Shown: positions 20,032 to 28,584 of the stretch, piece by piece
Numbering within the stretch: position 1 is the first letter of the stretch
Layout of the letters: the number at the start of each line of letters is the position of its first letter
Source of the DNA: Fidelibacterota bacterium
Lineage (GTDB): Bacteria > Fidelibacterota > UBA8477 > JABMPR01
DNA length: 64,000 nucleotides
Assembly: GCA_016784025.1 (NCBI GenBank)
Contig: JADHVL010000006.1
Coordinates: 13,859-77,858, forward strand
Direction: 5' to 3'
Made by a program: the position numbers and the translations under genes
The notes under the pieces: model-generated
What the model saw: the letters and a program-made list of their open reading frames with translations, nothing else
Databases searched by the model: none
What the model was told of the DNA's origin: nothing

Positions 20032-20989
20032 TCTCCTTCGGCCTATTCAGGCTGAGTTGAATAGCTTTCAGCATTATTTTGAGAATTCTCTCAAATCCCA
20101 TGTGTTCCTGATTAATCAGGTCATGAAATATGTCATTGCCCAGAAGGGCAAAAAGATGCGCCCTATGCTCTTGCTGCTTTCGGCCAGACTGAGTGGAGAG
20201 TGCACCGAACAAACTTATTCCGCTGCCACACTTGTGGAGGTCTTGCATACTGCTACTCTGGTTCACGATGATGTTGTGGATGAGGCTGAAACCAGAAGGG
20301 GTCTCCCCAGCATCAACTCTATCTGGCGCAATAAAATCAGCGTGCTTATTGGAGACTATCTGTTTTCCAAGGCGCTTGTGAAAATGGTGGCTCTCAAGCA
20401 TCCAGAGATGTTGGAGATCCTGGCAAATACCGCTGACAAGCTGGTGACGGGTGAAATTGACCAGATTGATCGTGCTCGTTCTGATACCATGACCGAAGAC
20501 GCTTATTATGATATGATCGAAGATAAAACTGCTTCGCTCCTTGCCACAGGTTGTAAGCTGGGTGCCATGACTACATCTGATGACCAAAAGGTGTGGGATG
20601 CCCTCTATGAATATGGCCGGAATTTTGGAATTGCCTTTCAGATCAAAGATGATTTATTCGATTTTGAAGGACGTGCTTCATCTGTCGGGAAACCCATTGG
20701 TCTGGATGTCAAACACAACATGGTAACCTTACCCCTGATACATGCGCTGCAGCAGTGTGACAAGCGGGAGAAACGAGAGTTTAAACGCCTGACCAAAAAG
20801 GGTAGCGACAAGGTTATTCAACAAAATGTCCTGGAGTTTATCAATCGTTATGGGGGGCTGGAATACACCAAACAAAAACTTCAGGACTATTCTGACAAAG
20901 CCAAGACCGCGCTGAGCGATTTCCCAGATTCTGCGGTTAAACACTCCATGATTCAGTTTATTGATTACAATATTCAACGCGAGAAATAA
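20012..20989 (+). CDS. Long-chain polyprenyl-diphosphate synthase (IspB/HepT-like)
   Basis: 325-aa ORF (TTG start in track, overlapping the tatC end). First DDxxD 'LVHDDVVDEAETRRG', second 'FQIKDDLFDF'. Chain length cannot be called from sequence. Confidence 0.85.
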   Translation: MKISLDDLLRPIQAELNSFQHYFENSLKSHVFLINQVMKYVIAQKGKKMRPMLLLLSARLSGECTEQTYSAATLVEVLHTATLVHDDVVDEAETRRGLPSINSIWRNKISVLIGDYLFSKALVKMVALKHPEMLEILANTADKLVTGEIDQIDRARSDTMTEDAYYDMIEDKTASLLATGCKLGAMTTSDDQKVWDALYEYGRNFGIAFQIKDDLFDFEGRASSVGKPIGLDVKHNMVTLPLIHALQQCDKREKREFKRLTKKGSDKVIQQNVLEFINRYGGLEYTKQKLQDYSDKAKTALSDFPDSAVKHSMIQFIDYNIQREK

Positions 20990-20993
20990 AACC

Positions 20994-21650
20994 ATGTCGT
21001 GCCATATTCAGGTCAAAAATCTGGCACTCACTTATCGCTGGAAAACATATCAAAAAGTCATATTTCAGGATCTAAACCTATGCATTTCATCTGCATCATT
21101 TGTGACCATCATTGGTGGAAATGGCAGCGGCAAAAGCAGTCTGGTAAAGCTTATTCTGGGTTTGGTAAAACCAGATTCAGGTGAAGTCCTATTAAATGAT
21201 AAAATCGTCAGGCCGGGATATCCCGAAGCCATAAAAACCAATCGGTTAGCCTATCTTACTCAACAGATTGAGGATCTTTTTTTCTCCGAAACTGTAGCTG
21301 AAGAATTGAGCTACGGGGGTGATGGTTTAGGGAGTCCTGATATGTTGGACATTCTCCAGACTTTGGGCTTGGACACCCTTATGAATCGGAGCGTGGACAG
21401 TTTGTCAGGGGGAGAAAGACAATCCCTGGCACTGGCTCAATTCATGTTGCAGGATGCGCCGTTGTTGATATTAGACGAACCCAGTTCATATCTAGATCAG
21501 ACCAAAGCAGCCCTACTCAAAACATTTCTAGTAAAAGCCCATCAAGCCGGCAAAACAGTTATACATGTCACCCAATTCACCTCAGAGCTCTCGTGGGGAA
21601 CCCATGTCATCGATCTGGATCAATCCGATGTACACCTGGTCGCCCTATGA
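20994..21650 (+). CDS. ABC transporter ATP-binding protein (ECF/cobalt-type-like)
   Basis: Walker A 'GGNGSGKSS', signature 'LSGGERQSLALA', Walker B 'LLILDEPSSYLD'. I place the start at ATG 20994 (MSCHIQVKNL...), 5 nt after the upstream stop, rather than the track's 20961. Confidence 0.75.
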   Translation: MSCHIQVKNLALTYRWKTYQKVIFQDLNLCISSASFVTIIGGNGSGKSSLVKLILGLVKPDSGEVLLNDKIVRPGYPEAIKTNRLAYLTQQIEDLFFSETVAEELSYGGDGLGSPDMLDILQTLGLDTLMNRSVDSLSGGERQSLALAQFMLQDAPLLILDEPSSYLDQTKAALLKTFLVKAHQAGKTVIHVTQFTSELSWGTHVIDLDQSDVHLVAL

Positions 21651-22309
21651 GTCACACACTTCCAGCACTGAGCAAGCGGTACAACGACAATACAGACTTT
21701 TTTCTGGAAGCTCCTGAGCTATCCATAAACGGTGTGGGATATACCTGCATCATTGGGAAAAATGGATCTGGTAAGAGTACCTATGGGGAAACTCTGGCAG
21801 AGATATCAGCTCATAACCCAGGTGAAAAATGGTATTATTTACCTCAACATCTCAACCGTTTTCTATTTGCTGAAAACGTAAGTGAACAACTTAGCGCTTT
21901 GCTCTCACAGGAAATAAACCAATCCAGATTGATCAGTCTTATTGAGGAACTTGGATTCTCTAATCCTGAAGGAATGCTTCATTTTCCCTTTTTGCTCATG
22001 AGTGGGGGAGAACGTCGACGCATGGCACTGGTTTGTGTGTTTTATCTTGAGCCAACCCGCTTAATCCTTGATGAACCAGAGATTGGTGTGACAGCAAAAG
22101 AAAACATGGTGCTTCTATCAAAATTACATAATTTGACCGGCTCGAATGCGAGGGTTATCGTCATCTCGCATAATGCTGAATTTGTAAGGCAATCATCAGA
22201 TATTATCTGTATTATTAATGGAAAAATTGCCAGAACGGGTCAGACACAGGAACTTATTTCTGACCCTGACTTTGAACTAGAAAAATACGGAGTTAGGTTT
22301 AGTCAATAA
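21647..22309 (+). CDS. ABC transporter ATP-binding protein (second, divergent ATPase)
   Basis: Walker A 'GKNGSGKST', signature 'MSGGERRRMAL', Walker B 'LILDEPEIG', H-loop 'VISHN'. The ATG at 21647 overlaps the upstream TGA (ATGA) and is preferred over the track's 21593. Confidence 0.7.
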   Translation: MSHTLPALSKRYNDNTDFFLEAPELSINGVGYTCIIGKNGSGKSTYGETLAEISAHNPGEKWYYLPQHLNRFLFAENVSEQLSALLSQEINQSRLISLIEELGFSNPEGMLHFPFLLMSGGERRRMALVCVFYLEPTRLILDEPEIGVTAKENMVLLSKLHNLTGSNARVIVISHNAEFVRQSSDIICIINGKIARTGQTQELISDPDFELEKYGVRFSQ

Positions 22310-22888
22310 ATGGTAAATTATGCAACCATAAAAAAGTTTCTCACTGCCGCAAATCTGACCTCATTGGCCAGAGCTTTTATGGTCTTTCCTCTCGTGTATT
22401 TGTTGAATACCTGGGAAGGGGGAATTGCAGAATTTCCCATGTGGGCCGTATTCTGGATCATTCTCGCCATGTTCTCAGATTATCTGGATGGGTGGTTTGC
22501 ACGTTCCTATCATGAAGTGAGTCGCTTTGGGAAATTCCTTGATCCCATGGCAGATAAAATTGTTGTATTTGGTGTCCTATTTTTTGCGAAACCAATCTCA
22601 CAGGCAATACCAGGCTGGTTTGTGGCTTTTGTCGTCTTGAGAGAGCTTTTAATATTTGGCCTGGGATACTATGTGAGTAAGGATTCAAAGCGTGATATGC
22701 AGGCAAATCGAACTGGTAAATGGTCTATATTCCTGACCAGCATCACCTTCATACTCATGATATTTGATCTTAATCCCTGGGCTGAATACCTACTCTATCT
22801 AACCGTTGCTGTTGGGACCGCCTCCTTATTCTTTTATCTGAAACGGTATTACCACCTTTATCAGGTTGATGTCAAGCAACCCTCGTAA
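22310..22888 (+). CDS. pgsA: CDP-alcohol phosphatidyltransferase (PgsA-like)
   Basis: 192-aa membrane ORF with the CDP-alcohol motif 'DYLDGWFARSYHEVSRFGKFLDPMADK'. It starts 1 nt after the upstream stop. Confidence 0.7.
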   Translation: MVNYATIKKFLTAANLTSLARAFMVFPLVYLLNTWEGGIAEFPMWAVFWIILAMFSDYLDGWFARSYHEVSRFGKFLDPMADKIVVFGVLFFAKPISQAIPGWFVAFVVLRELLIFGLGYYVSKDSKRDMQANRTGKWSIFLTSITFILMIFDLNPWAEYLLYLTVAVGTASLFFYLKRYYHLYQVDVKQPS

Positions 22889-22924
22889 CGCCTGATTTTT
22901 AATCCTTAAGTAAAGTGTCAAAAT

Positions 22925-23848
22925 ATGATATTTTCGTCTGCATTTAATCGACTTAAACAAGGTTTAAGCCGTTCTCGTACACAGTTTAACAACCGTATCA
23001 GCAAGCTATTTACCGGATCAGTTCCCCTCACAGATGAATTGCTCGAGGAGATTGAAGAGATTCTCATCTCTGCAGATATTGGCGTGGAACTCTCCATAGA
23101 AATCATTGAGGATCTGCGAACGAATTTTCCCCTCAACCAGGTTGTGGAGATGAATTCAGTAGTAGAATTTCTAAAATCTGATCTTATGCGGCGTATGGAA
23201 GTTAAACAGACCCCCATGGAAGTTTCTGAAAAACCTCATGTCATTCTGGTTGTGGGAGTCAATGGAACAGGCAAAACTACATCCATTGGAAAGCTGGCCT
23301 ACCATTATACCAGTCAGGGTAAAAGCGTACTCCTGGTCGCTGGTGACACCTTCCGCGCAGCCGCCATAGAACAACTTGAGATATGGTCACAACGGAGTGG
23401 TGCCGAATTGACCAAAAAGGAAGCTGCAGATCCAAGTGCAGTTGTTTATGATGCGCTGCAAAGTGCGAATCAGAGGGGCATAGATGTGGTTCTCATTGAT
23501 ACAGCAGGCCGATTGCACACCCAGAAGAATCTGATGATTGAGTTGGATAAAATTCAGCGAGTAGTCAAAAAAGTTATTCCCAGTGCACCTCATGAAACTG
23601 TATTGACCATCGATGCCACAACAGGACAGAATGGCCTGATTCAGGCGCGCCAGTTTTCCGAGGTCACGCCAGTGGATCATCTCTTTCTAACAAAACTGGA
23701 TGGGACTGCCAAAGGTGGGATAGCCATTGCCATCCATCACAATCTAGATATCCCCGTGAAGTACATCGGCATTGGTGAGCAAAAAGAAGATATCCAGGAT
23801 TTCGATGCAGCGAGTTATGTGCAGGCATTATTTGAGGTAGGGTCGTAA
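22925..23848 (+). CDS. ftsY: Signal recognition particle receptor FtsY
   Basis: 307-aa ORF with 'GVNGTGKTTSIGKLA', 'DTAGRLH' and 'TKLDGTAKGG'. Confidence 0.9.
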   Translation: MIFSSAFNRLKQGLSRSRTQFNNRISKLFTGSVPLTDELLEEIEEILISADIGVELSIEIIEDLRTNFPLNQVVEMNSVVEFLKSDLMRRMEVKQTPMEVSEKPHVILVVGVNGTGKTTSIGKLAYHYTSQGKSVLLVAGDTFRAAAIEQLEIWSQRSGAELTKKEAADPSAVVYDALQSANQRGIDVVLIDTAGRLHTQKNLMIELDKIQRVVKKVIPSAPHETVLTIDATTGQNGLIQARQFSEVTPVDHLFLTKLDGTAKGGIAIAIHHNLDIPVKYIGIGEQKEDIQDFDAASYVQALFEVGS

Positions 23849-23867
23849 TATATTACGACCCTACCTC
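23834..23867 (+). terminator. 34-nt perfect palindrome spanning the ftsY stop codon (possible terminator/attenuating hairpin)
   Basis: gaggtagggtcgtaata|tattacgaccctacctc gives 17 perfect pairs. No U-run follows, so terminator function is uncertain. Confidence 0.4.
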
Positions 23868-24025
23868 TCATGAATGTGAATCAGCCCACGTCTTAAGTCG
23901 TGGGCTACACCATTATTATGATAAACCGTTGAAACGGTTACTGAACTCACGAATGTCATTACCCCACGACTTAAGTCGTGGGTTACTATAACCACAATGA
24001 GCTACTAACCGTTTTAACGGTTTAA
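23868..24025. repeat. Two tandem ~78-bp units, each carrying two hairpins
   Basis: Unit 1: ...gaatgtgaatcagCCCACGtCTTAAGtCGTGGGct...AACCGTTgaAACGGTT. Unit 2: ...gaatgtcattacCCCACGaCTTAAGtCGTGGGtt...AACCGTTttAACGGTT. The units lie between ftsY and rimO. Confidence 0.7.
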
Positions 24026-24055
24026 TATTAATGTCATCGCTAAAAGAGAATATAT

Positions 24056-25396
24056 ATGATTACCCCAGTAGAAACTAAAAAAGTCCACATCATCAGCCTT
24101 GGATGTGTGAAGAATACTGTTGATAGTGAGATTATTGCCGGGGGACTTGAATCTGCCGGGATAGAGCTGGTTGAGGAACCTGAGGACGCCAGTACCATCA
24201 TCATTAACACCTGTGGTTTTATCGGTGACGCCAAGCAAGAATCGGTTGAGGTCATCCTCGAAGCCGCTCAGCTAAAAACCGATGGTCAGCTTAAGGAGTT
24301 ACTTGTAGCTGGCTGTCTATCAGCACGTTACAAGAAAGAGCTCACCATTGAAATGCCTGAGGTTGATAAGTTTTTTGTCACCGAAGATTTTCGGAATATT
24401 TTTGAGTATATCGCTTCCAAACCGCACCTGGCCGACGATCCAGATCATCGTAGAAAACTCCTGACTCCCCGTCACTATGCCTATCTCAAAATCAGCGAGG
24501 GTTGTGACAATGTATGTAGCTTTTGTGCAATACCTCTTATGCGAGGTAAGCAACGTAGTCGGGAAGTAGATTCGCTGGTCAGTGAAGCCAAATCTCTGGT
24601 GGCACGTGGTGTCAGGGAAATGATGGTGATAGGACAGGACACGACAACCTATGGCTGGGACTTGAAACCCAAACGTTATCTGCATGAACTACTGACTGAA
24701 TTGGATGAGATTGAAGGCCTGGATTGGATCCGTTTGCACTATGCTCACCCTTCCCATTTTTCTCGGAAGCTTATTCCCATCTTCAAAAATGCCAAGCGGA
24801 TACTGCCTTACCTGGATATTCCGGTTCAACATGCCTCTACAAATATGCTGACATCAATGAAACGAGGTCTTGACGCCGATGGGCTCCGCAGATTGCTTTT
24901 GGAACTGCGTCAGGAGATACCTCACTTGAAATTGAGAACCTCTGTCATCGTTGGATTCCCAGGTGAGACTGATGACGATTTCGATATTCTTTTAAATTTC
25001 CTGGAAGAGATTCAATTTGATCGTCTAGGTGTATTCACTTATTCTGAGGAAGAAGATACCAGTGGCGCTGATCTTGAAGACGATGTCCCGACGGAAGTAA
25101 AAATCCAGAGAATGGATGCCGTTATGGATCTCCAGCATAGCATTGCCTTCAACAATAATCAGGCTCTGATAGGGCAAGAGCTGGATATCATCATAGATAG
25201 TCCAGATCCAGATGATGATCAGCAAATGCTGGGTCGCACTATCTGGGATGCACCTGAGATTGACCAGCAGGTAATTGTTTCAGGCGTTTATGAGCCAGGG
25301 AGTATTGTTAAATTGAAAATCGATGATGCTGGCGCTTATGAATTGTATGCCTCTGGGCAGGCTGACACGTTCATTCCTCTGGGTGATATCAACTAA
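24056..25396 (+). CDS. rimO: Ribosomal protein S12 methylthiotransferase RimO (radical SAM, MTTase)
   Basis: 446-aa ORF with N-terminal 'KVHIISLGCVKNTVDSE', radical-SAM 'EGCDNVCSFCAIP' and a C-terminal TRAM-like domain. Confidence 0.85.
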   Translation: MITPVETKKVHIISLGCVKNTVDSEIIAGGLESAGIELVEEPEDASTIIINTCGFIGDAKQESVEVILEAAQLKTDGQLKELLVAGCLSARYKKELTIEMPEVDKFFVTEDFRNIFEYIASKPHLADDPDHRRKLLTPRHYAYLKISEGCDNVCSFCAIPLMRGKQRSREVDSLVSEAKSLVARGVREMMVIGQDTTTYGWDLKPKRYLHELLTELDEIEGLDWIRLHYAHPSHFSRKLIPIFKNAKRILPYLDIPVQHASTNMLTSMKRGLDADGLRRLLLELRQEIPHLKLRTSVIVGFPGETDDDFDILLNFLEEIQFDRLGVFTYSEEEDTSGADLEDDVPTEVKIQRMDAVMDLQHSIAFNNNQALIGQELDIIIDSPDPDDDQQMLGRTIWDAPEIDQQVIVSGVYEPGSIVKLKIDDAGAYELYASGQADTFIPLGDIN

Positions 25397-25492
25397 ACTC
25401 AGTTTCAGTCCAGTAAAACTGGTAATTCATGCTGGCATAAGCATGTCGAAATGCTTATATCTCAGCAAATTCAACCATAAGCAGGATATATC

Positions 25493-28219
25493 ATGACCGA
25501 TAAAAAATCTAATGTAATATATTTAATTGACGGCTCAGCTCTCGTTTACAGATCTCACTTTGCCTTCATCAGAAATCCCCTGATCAACTCCAAGGGGCAG
25601 TTGGTGAGTGCCATTTTTGGATTTATGAATGCCATGCTGCGGCTCATGACCCGTGAGAATCCAGAATATCTGGCTGTGGTCATGGACACCAAAGAAAAGA
25701 CATTCAGACACAAACAATATCCGGATTATAAGGCCACCCGCGAAAAAATGCCTGACGATCTGGCTGCCCAGCTGCCTGTCATCGACGATATCGTCACCAA
25801 ACTAAATATACCCTATTTGAAGCGTGAAGGTTTTGAGGCGGATGACATTATTGGAACCCTCTCCAAACTTGGTGCAGCACAGGGATTTGAAGTAAGAGTG
25901 CTATCTGGTGATAAAGATTTTGCTCAACTTGTGAATGACCACGTCCAAATTGTGAATCCAAAAGACAATGTCGTCTGGACTGCTAAATTCGTGGAGGAGA
26001 ATTGGGGCGTTCCACCTGAAAAGATCATCGATTTGCTGGGACTCATGGGCGATGCCTCTGATAATGTCCCAGGTGTGCCCGGTGTAGGCCCTAAAACCGC
26101 CGTTAAGCTGATTCAGGAGCATGGAACCATGCTTGAGCTATATGAGAAGCTGGAGGACGTTAAAAACCCAAAATTGAAGCTCAAGCTGGAAGAGAATAAG
26201 GAAAAGGCACTCTTATCCCGAGAATTGGTCACTATTAAAACGGATATGGACGATATGCCATCCTGGGATGAGATTCGCATCGAATCCATGGATATTGATG
26301 CAGCACGTAGCGTATTTCAGGAATTTGAGCTTTTCAATCTCATGAAACCTCTTGATGATGTACGCACACTTTATTCAACGGGTGATGAGCCAGTGAGGGA
26401 GGAGAGATCTCGCAACTATACCGTGGTAAAACACATCCCCGAACTTATTGAGCTGGTGGAAACCCTTAAAACAAAACAGATGGTAGCCTTTGATCTGGAA
26501 ACAACCAGTCTGGATGTACTCACCACAGAAATTGTAGGGCTGTCCTTTGCGTGGGAAGCAAATAGTGCCGTTTATATCGCTGTAAAATATCCAAACCCAG
26601 CGGATGGCTGTTTTACCCCTGAGGATATTGATATTGTTCTCAGAGAACTCAAGCCATTCTGGGACTCAGAGACCATAAAGAAGACGGGGCACAATCTCAA
26701 ATTCGATCTTTCTGTGCTGAAAAGCTATGGAATTGATGTTGCCGGGGTTGGATTTGATTCACAAATCGCAGGGTATCTGGTGAATCCAGGTGGGCGTGGT
26801 TATGGAATGAATGACCTCAGTGTCCAATATCTCGGTATTGACCCTATCCACATAGAAGAACTGATCGGTAAGGGCAAAGACCAAATCACCATGGATCTGG
26901 TAACCCTGGATGTCATCAGTGAATATGCAGCCGAAGATGCAGACATTTCATTTCAACTCTACGAGATACTCGCAGAAAAAATTGAGAAGGACCAGCTCAA
27001 CTCGGTTCTGGATGACATCGATCTGCCCCTGATTCCCGTGCTTATGGACATGGAGCGTGAAGGTACTTTTGTAGATGCCGGGATTCTGAATGATATGTCA
27101 GAGAGCCTTGGTAAAGAATTGGTGAGGCTTGAAAAAGCCATTTTCGAAGAAGCTGGCGAAGAGTTTAATGTGGCTTCTCCGCGGCAGGTGGCTGAGATTC
27201 TTTTTGAGAAAAAGGGTATCAAGCCTATCCGCAAGACCAAGACAGGCTATTCCACCGATGTGAATGTCCTCCAGATACTGGCCAAGGAGCATGCTATCCC
27301 GCGCTATATGCTGGATTATAGACAAGTTGCTAAACTCAAATCGACCTACACTGATACTTTGCCATTGCTTATTCATGAAAAGACTGGTCGCATTCATTCT
27401 AATTTTAACCAGACCATTGCAGCCACAGGACGTTTGAGTTCCACCAATCCAAACTTTCAGAACATACCAGTGAGAACTGAACTGGGTCGGGACATCCGAA
27501 AGGCTTTTCGACCTCAATCCAGCGGCTGGAAAATTCTGGCAGCTGATTATTCCCAGATCGAACTGCGGCTCATGGCTCAATACTCAAAGGACGCGCGTCT
27601 GATTGAGGCCTTTAAAAATGGGGAAGATATTCACACGGCCACTGCTGCTCATGTTTTCGGTACCAATCTCTTTGGTGTCTCTGAGGACCAACGTCGTCGG
27701 GCTAAGGTAGTTAACTTTGGTATCATGTATGGGGCTGGTCCATTTCGGATGTCCAATGAACTGGAAATATCCAGAGGAGAAGCTGCTGAATTGATCAGCG
27801 ATTACTTCAACACATATCCCGGAATACGCAATTACCTGGATGAGACCATCGAGTTCGCCCGGGAAAATAAGTTCGTCCAGACCCTCTTTGGCAGAAAGCG
27901 GCCTGTTCCAGATATTGATGCCTCCAACAGAATGAGCAGGGAAGGGGCAGAACGCATTGCCACTAATATGCCCATTCAGGGAACGGCAGCAGACATCATT
28001 AAGCTGGCTATGATCCAGGTACATAAGCGAATAAAAGCTGAAGGTCTAAAGAGTAAGCTGATCCTGCAGGTCCATGATGAATTGGTGTTTGAAGTGCCTG
28101 ATGATGAAATAGAAGCGCTCACTTCTCTTGTGAGGGAGACCATGGAACACGCCGTCAATTTGGATATTCCACTGACAGTGGATATCGGGGTCGGTGACAA
28201 TTGGTTAGAGGCACATTGA
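25493..28219 (+). CDS. polA: DNA polymerase I
   Basis: 908-aa ORF. 5'-nuclease N-terminus (LIDGSALVYRSHFA), 3'-5' exonuclease region (FDLETTSL), and polymerase motifs 'DYSQIELR', 'RRRAKVVNFGIMYG' and 'QVHDELVFE'. Confidence 0.95.
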   Translation: MTDKKSNVIYLIDGSALVYRSHFAFIRNPLINSKGQLVSAIFGFMNAMLRLMTRENPEYLAVVMDTKEKTFRHKQYPDYKATREKMPDDLAAQLPVIDDIVTKLNIPYLKREGFEADDIIGTLSKLGAAQGFEVRVLSGDKDFAQLVNDHVQIVNPKDNVVWTAKFVEENWGVPPEKIIDLLGLMGDASDNVPGVPGVGPKTAVKLIQEHGTMLELYEKLEDVKNPKLKLKLEENKEKALLSRELVTIKTDMDDMPSWDEIRIESMDIDAARSVFQEFELFNLMKPLDDVRTLYSTGDEPVREERSRNYTVVKHIPELIELVETLKTKQMVAFDLETTSLDVLTTEIVGLSFAWEANSAVYIAVKYPNPADGCFTPEDIDIVLRELKPFWDSETIKKTGHNLKFDLSVLKSYGIDVAGVGFDSQIAGYLVNPGGRGYGMNDLSVQYLGIDPIHIEELIGKGKDQITMDLVTLDVISEYAAEDADISFQLYEILAEKIEKDQLNSVLDDIDLPLIPVLMDMEREGTFVDAGILNDMSESLGKELVRLEKAIFEEAGEEFNVASPRQVAEILFEKKGIKPIRKTKTGYSTDVNVLQILAKEHAIPRYMLDYRQVAKLKSTYTDTLPLLIHEKTGRIHSNFNQTIAATGRLSSTNPNFQNIPVRTELGRDIRKAFRPQSSGWKILAADYSQIELRLMAQYSKDARLIEAFKNGEDIHTATAAHVFGTNLFGVSEDQRRRAKVVNFGIMYGAGPFRMSNELEISRGEAAELISDYFNTYPGIRNYLDETIEFARENKFVQTLFGRKRPVPDIDASNRMSREGAERIATNMPIQGTAADIIKLAMIQVHKRIKAEGLKSKLILQVHDELVFEVPDDEIEALTSLVRETMEHAVNLDIPLTVDIGVGDNWLEAH

Positions 28220-28498
28220 TTTAAACCTTTTCTAACGGGAAAAACTCTCGCTAAAAGGGGATAATCCATCTCATGATTCTATATGGGATGATTCCTTTTG
28301 ACTATAAAAAACAATGAGATAGGGGAATAGGCAAGTCCTCATCCTCTAGTTAATAAATAATTAGTATTAACTGATTGAATCCCTATATTTCAGCAATTCA
28401 AAATTGATGGAGATACACACAAATGTGTTTGTCAAGGTTCTACAATCTTGTCCACTTTATTGCTCTAGATTTCCATAGGTTAATCCAATAAAAATTAT

Positions 28499-28520
28499 GG
28501 TTGTTAACACGAAACATTTT
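28499..28520 (+). promoter_or_regulatory. Conserved upstream motif GGTTGTTAACA(C)GAAACA shared with 61491-61510
   Basis: ggttgttaacacgaaacatttt sits here, 65 nt before the ATG of receptor 1. ggttgttaacagaaacaatt sits at 61491-61510, 15 nt before the ATG of receptor 4. The motif contains the palindrome TGTTAACA. Confidence 0.4.
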
Positions 28521-28584
28521 ATCTGGAATTTGGTGGGTTCACTGACACCCCATCATAAAAATTTCACAGCTTGAGGAACGATAT

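Noticed and set aside
19913-20587. 224-aa ORF antisense to the polyprenyl synthase gene
   Set aside because: The sense-strand ORF has unmistakable DDxxD polyprenyl-synthase motifs. The antisense product has no recognisable features. It is a typical shadow ORF.
20961-21650. Upstream-extended starts given by the track (20961, 21593, 55587, 60350, 51776)
   Set aside because: In each case an in-frame ATG slightly downstream has a proper Shine-Dalgarno or stop-start coupling and yields a normal N-terminus or signal peptide. The extended versions begin at GTG or TTG, or overlap the preceding gene.
23868-24025. Possible CRISPR-like repeat-spacer arrangement
   Set aside because: There are only two units. 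The 'spacers' are themselves conserved between units, the palindromes are too short and dissimilar to CRISPR repeats, and no cas genes are in the window. I classify it as a tandem structured repeat.
27098-28269. Antisense ORFs of 160, 146 and 97 aa inside and after polA
   Set aside because: They are shadow ORFs opposite a confidently identified DNA polymerase I gene.
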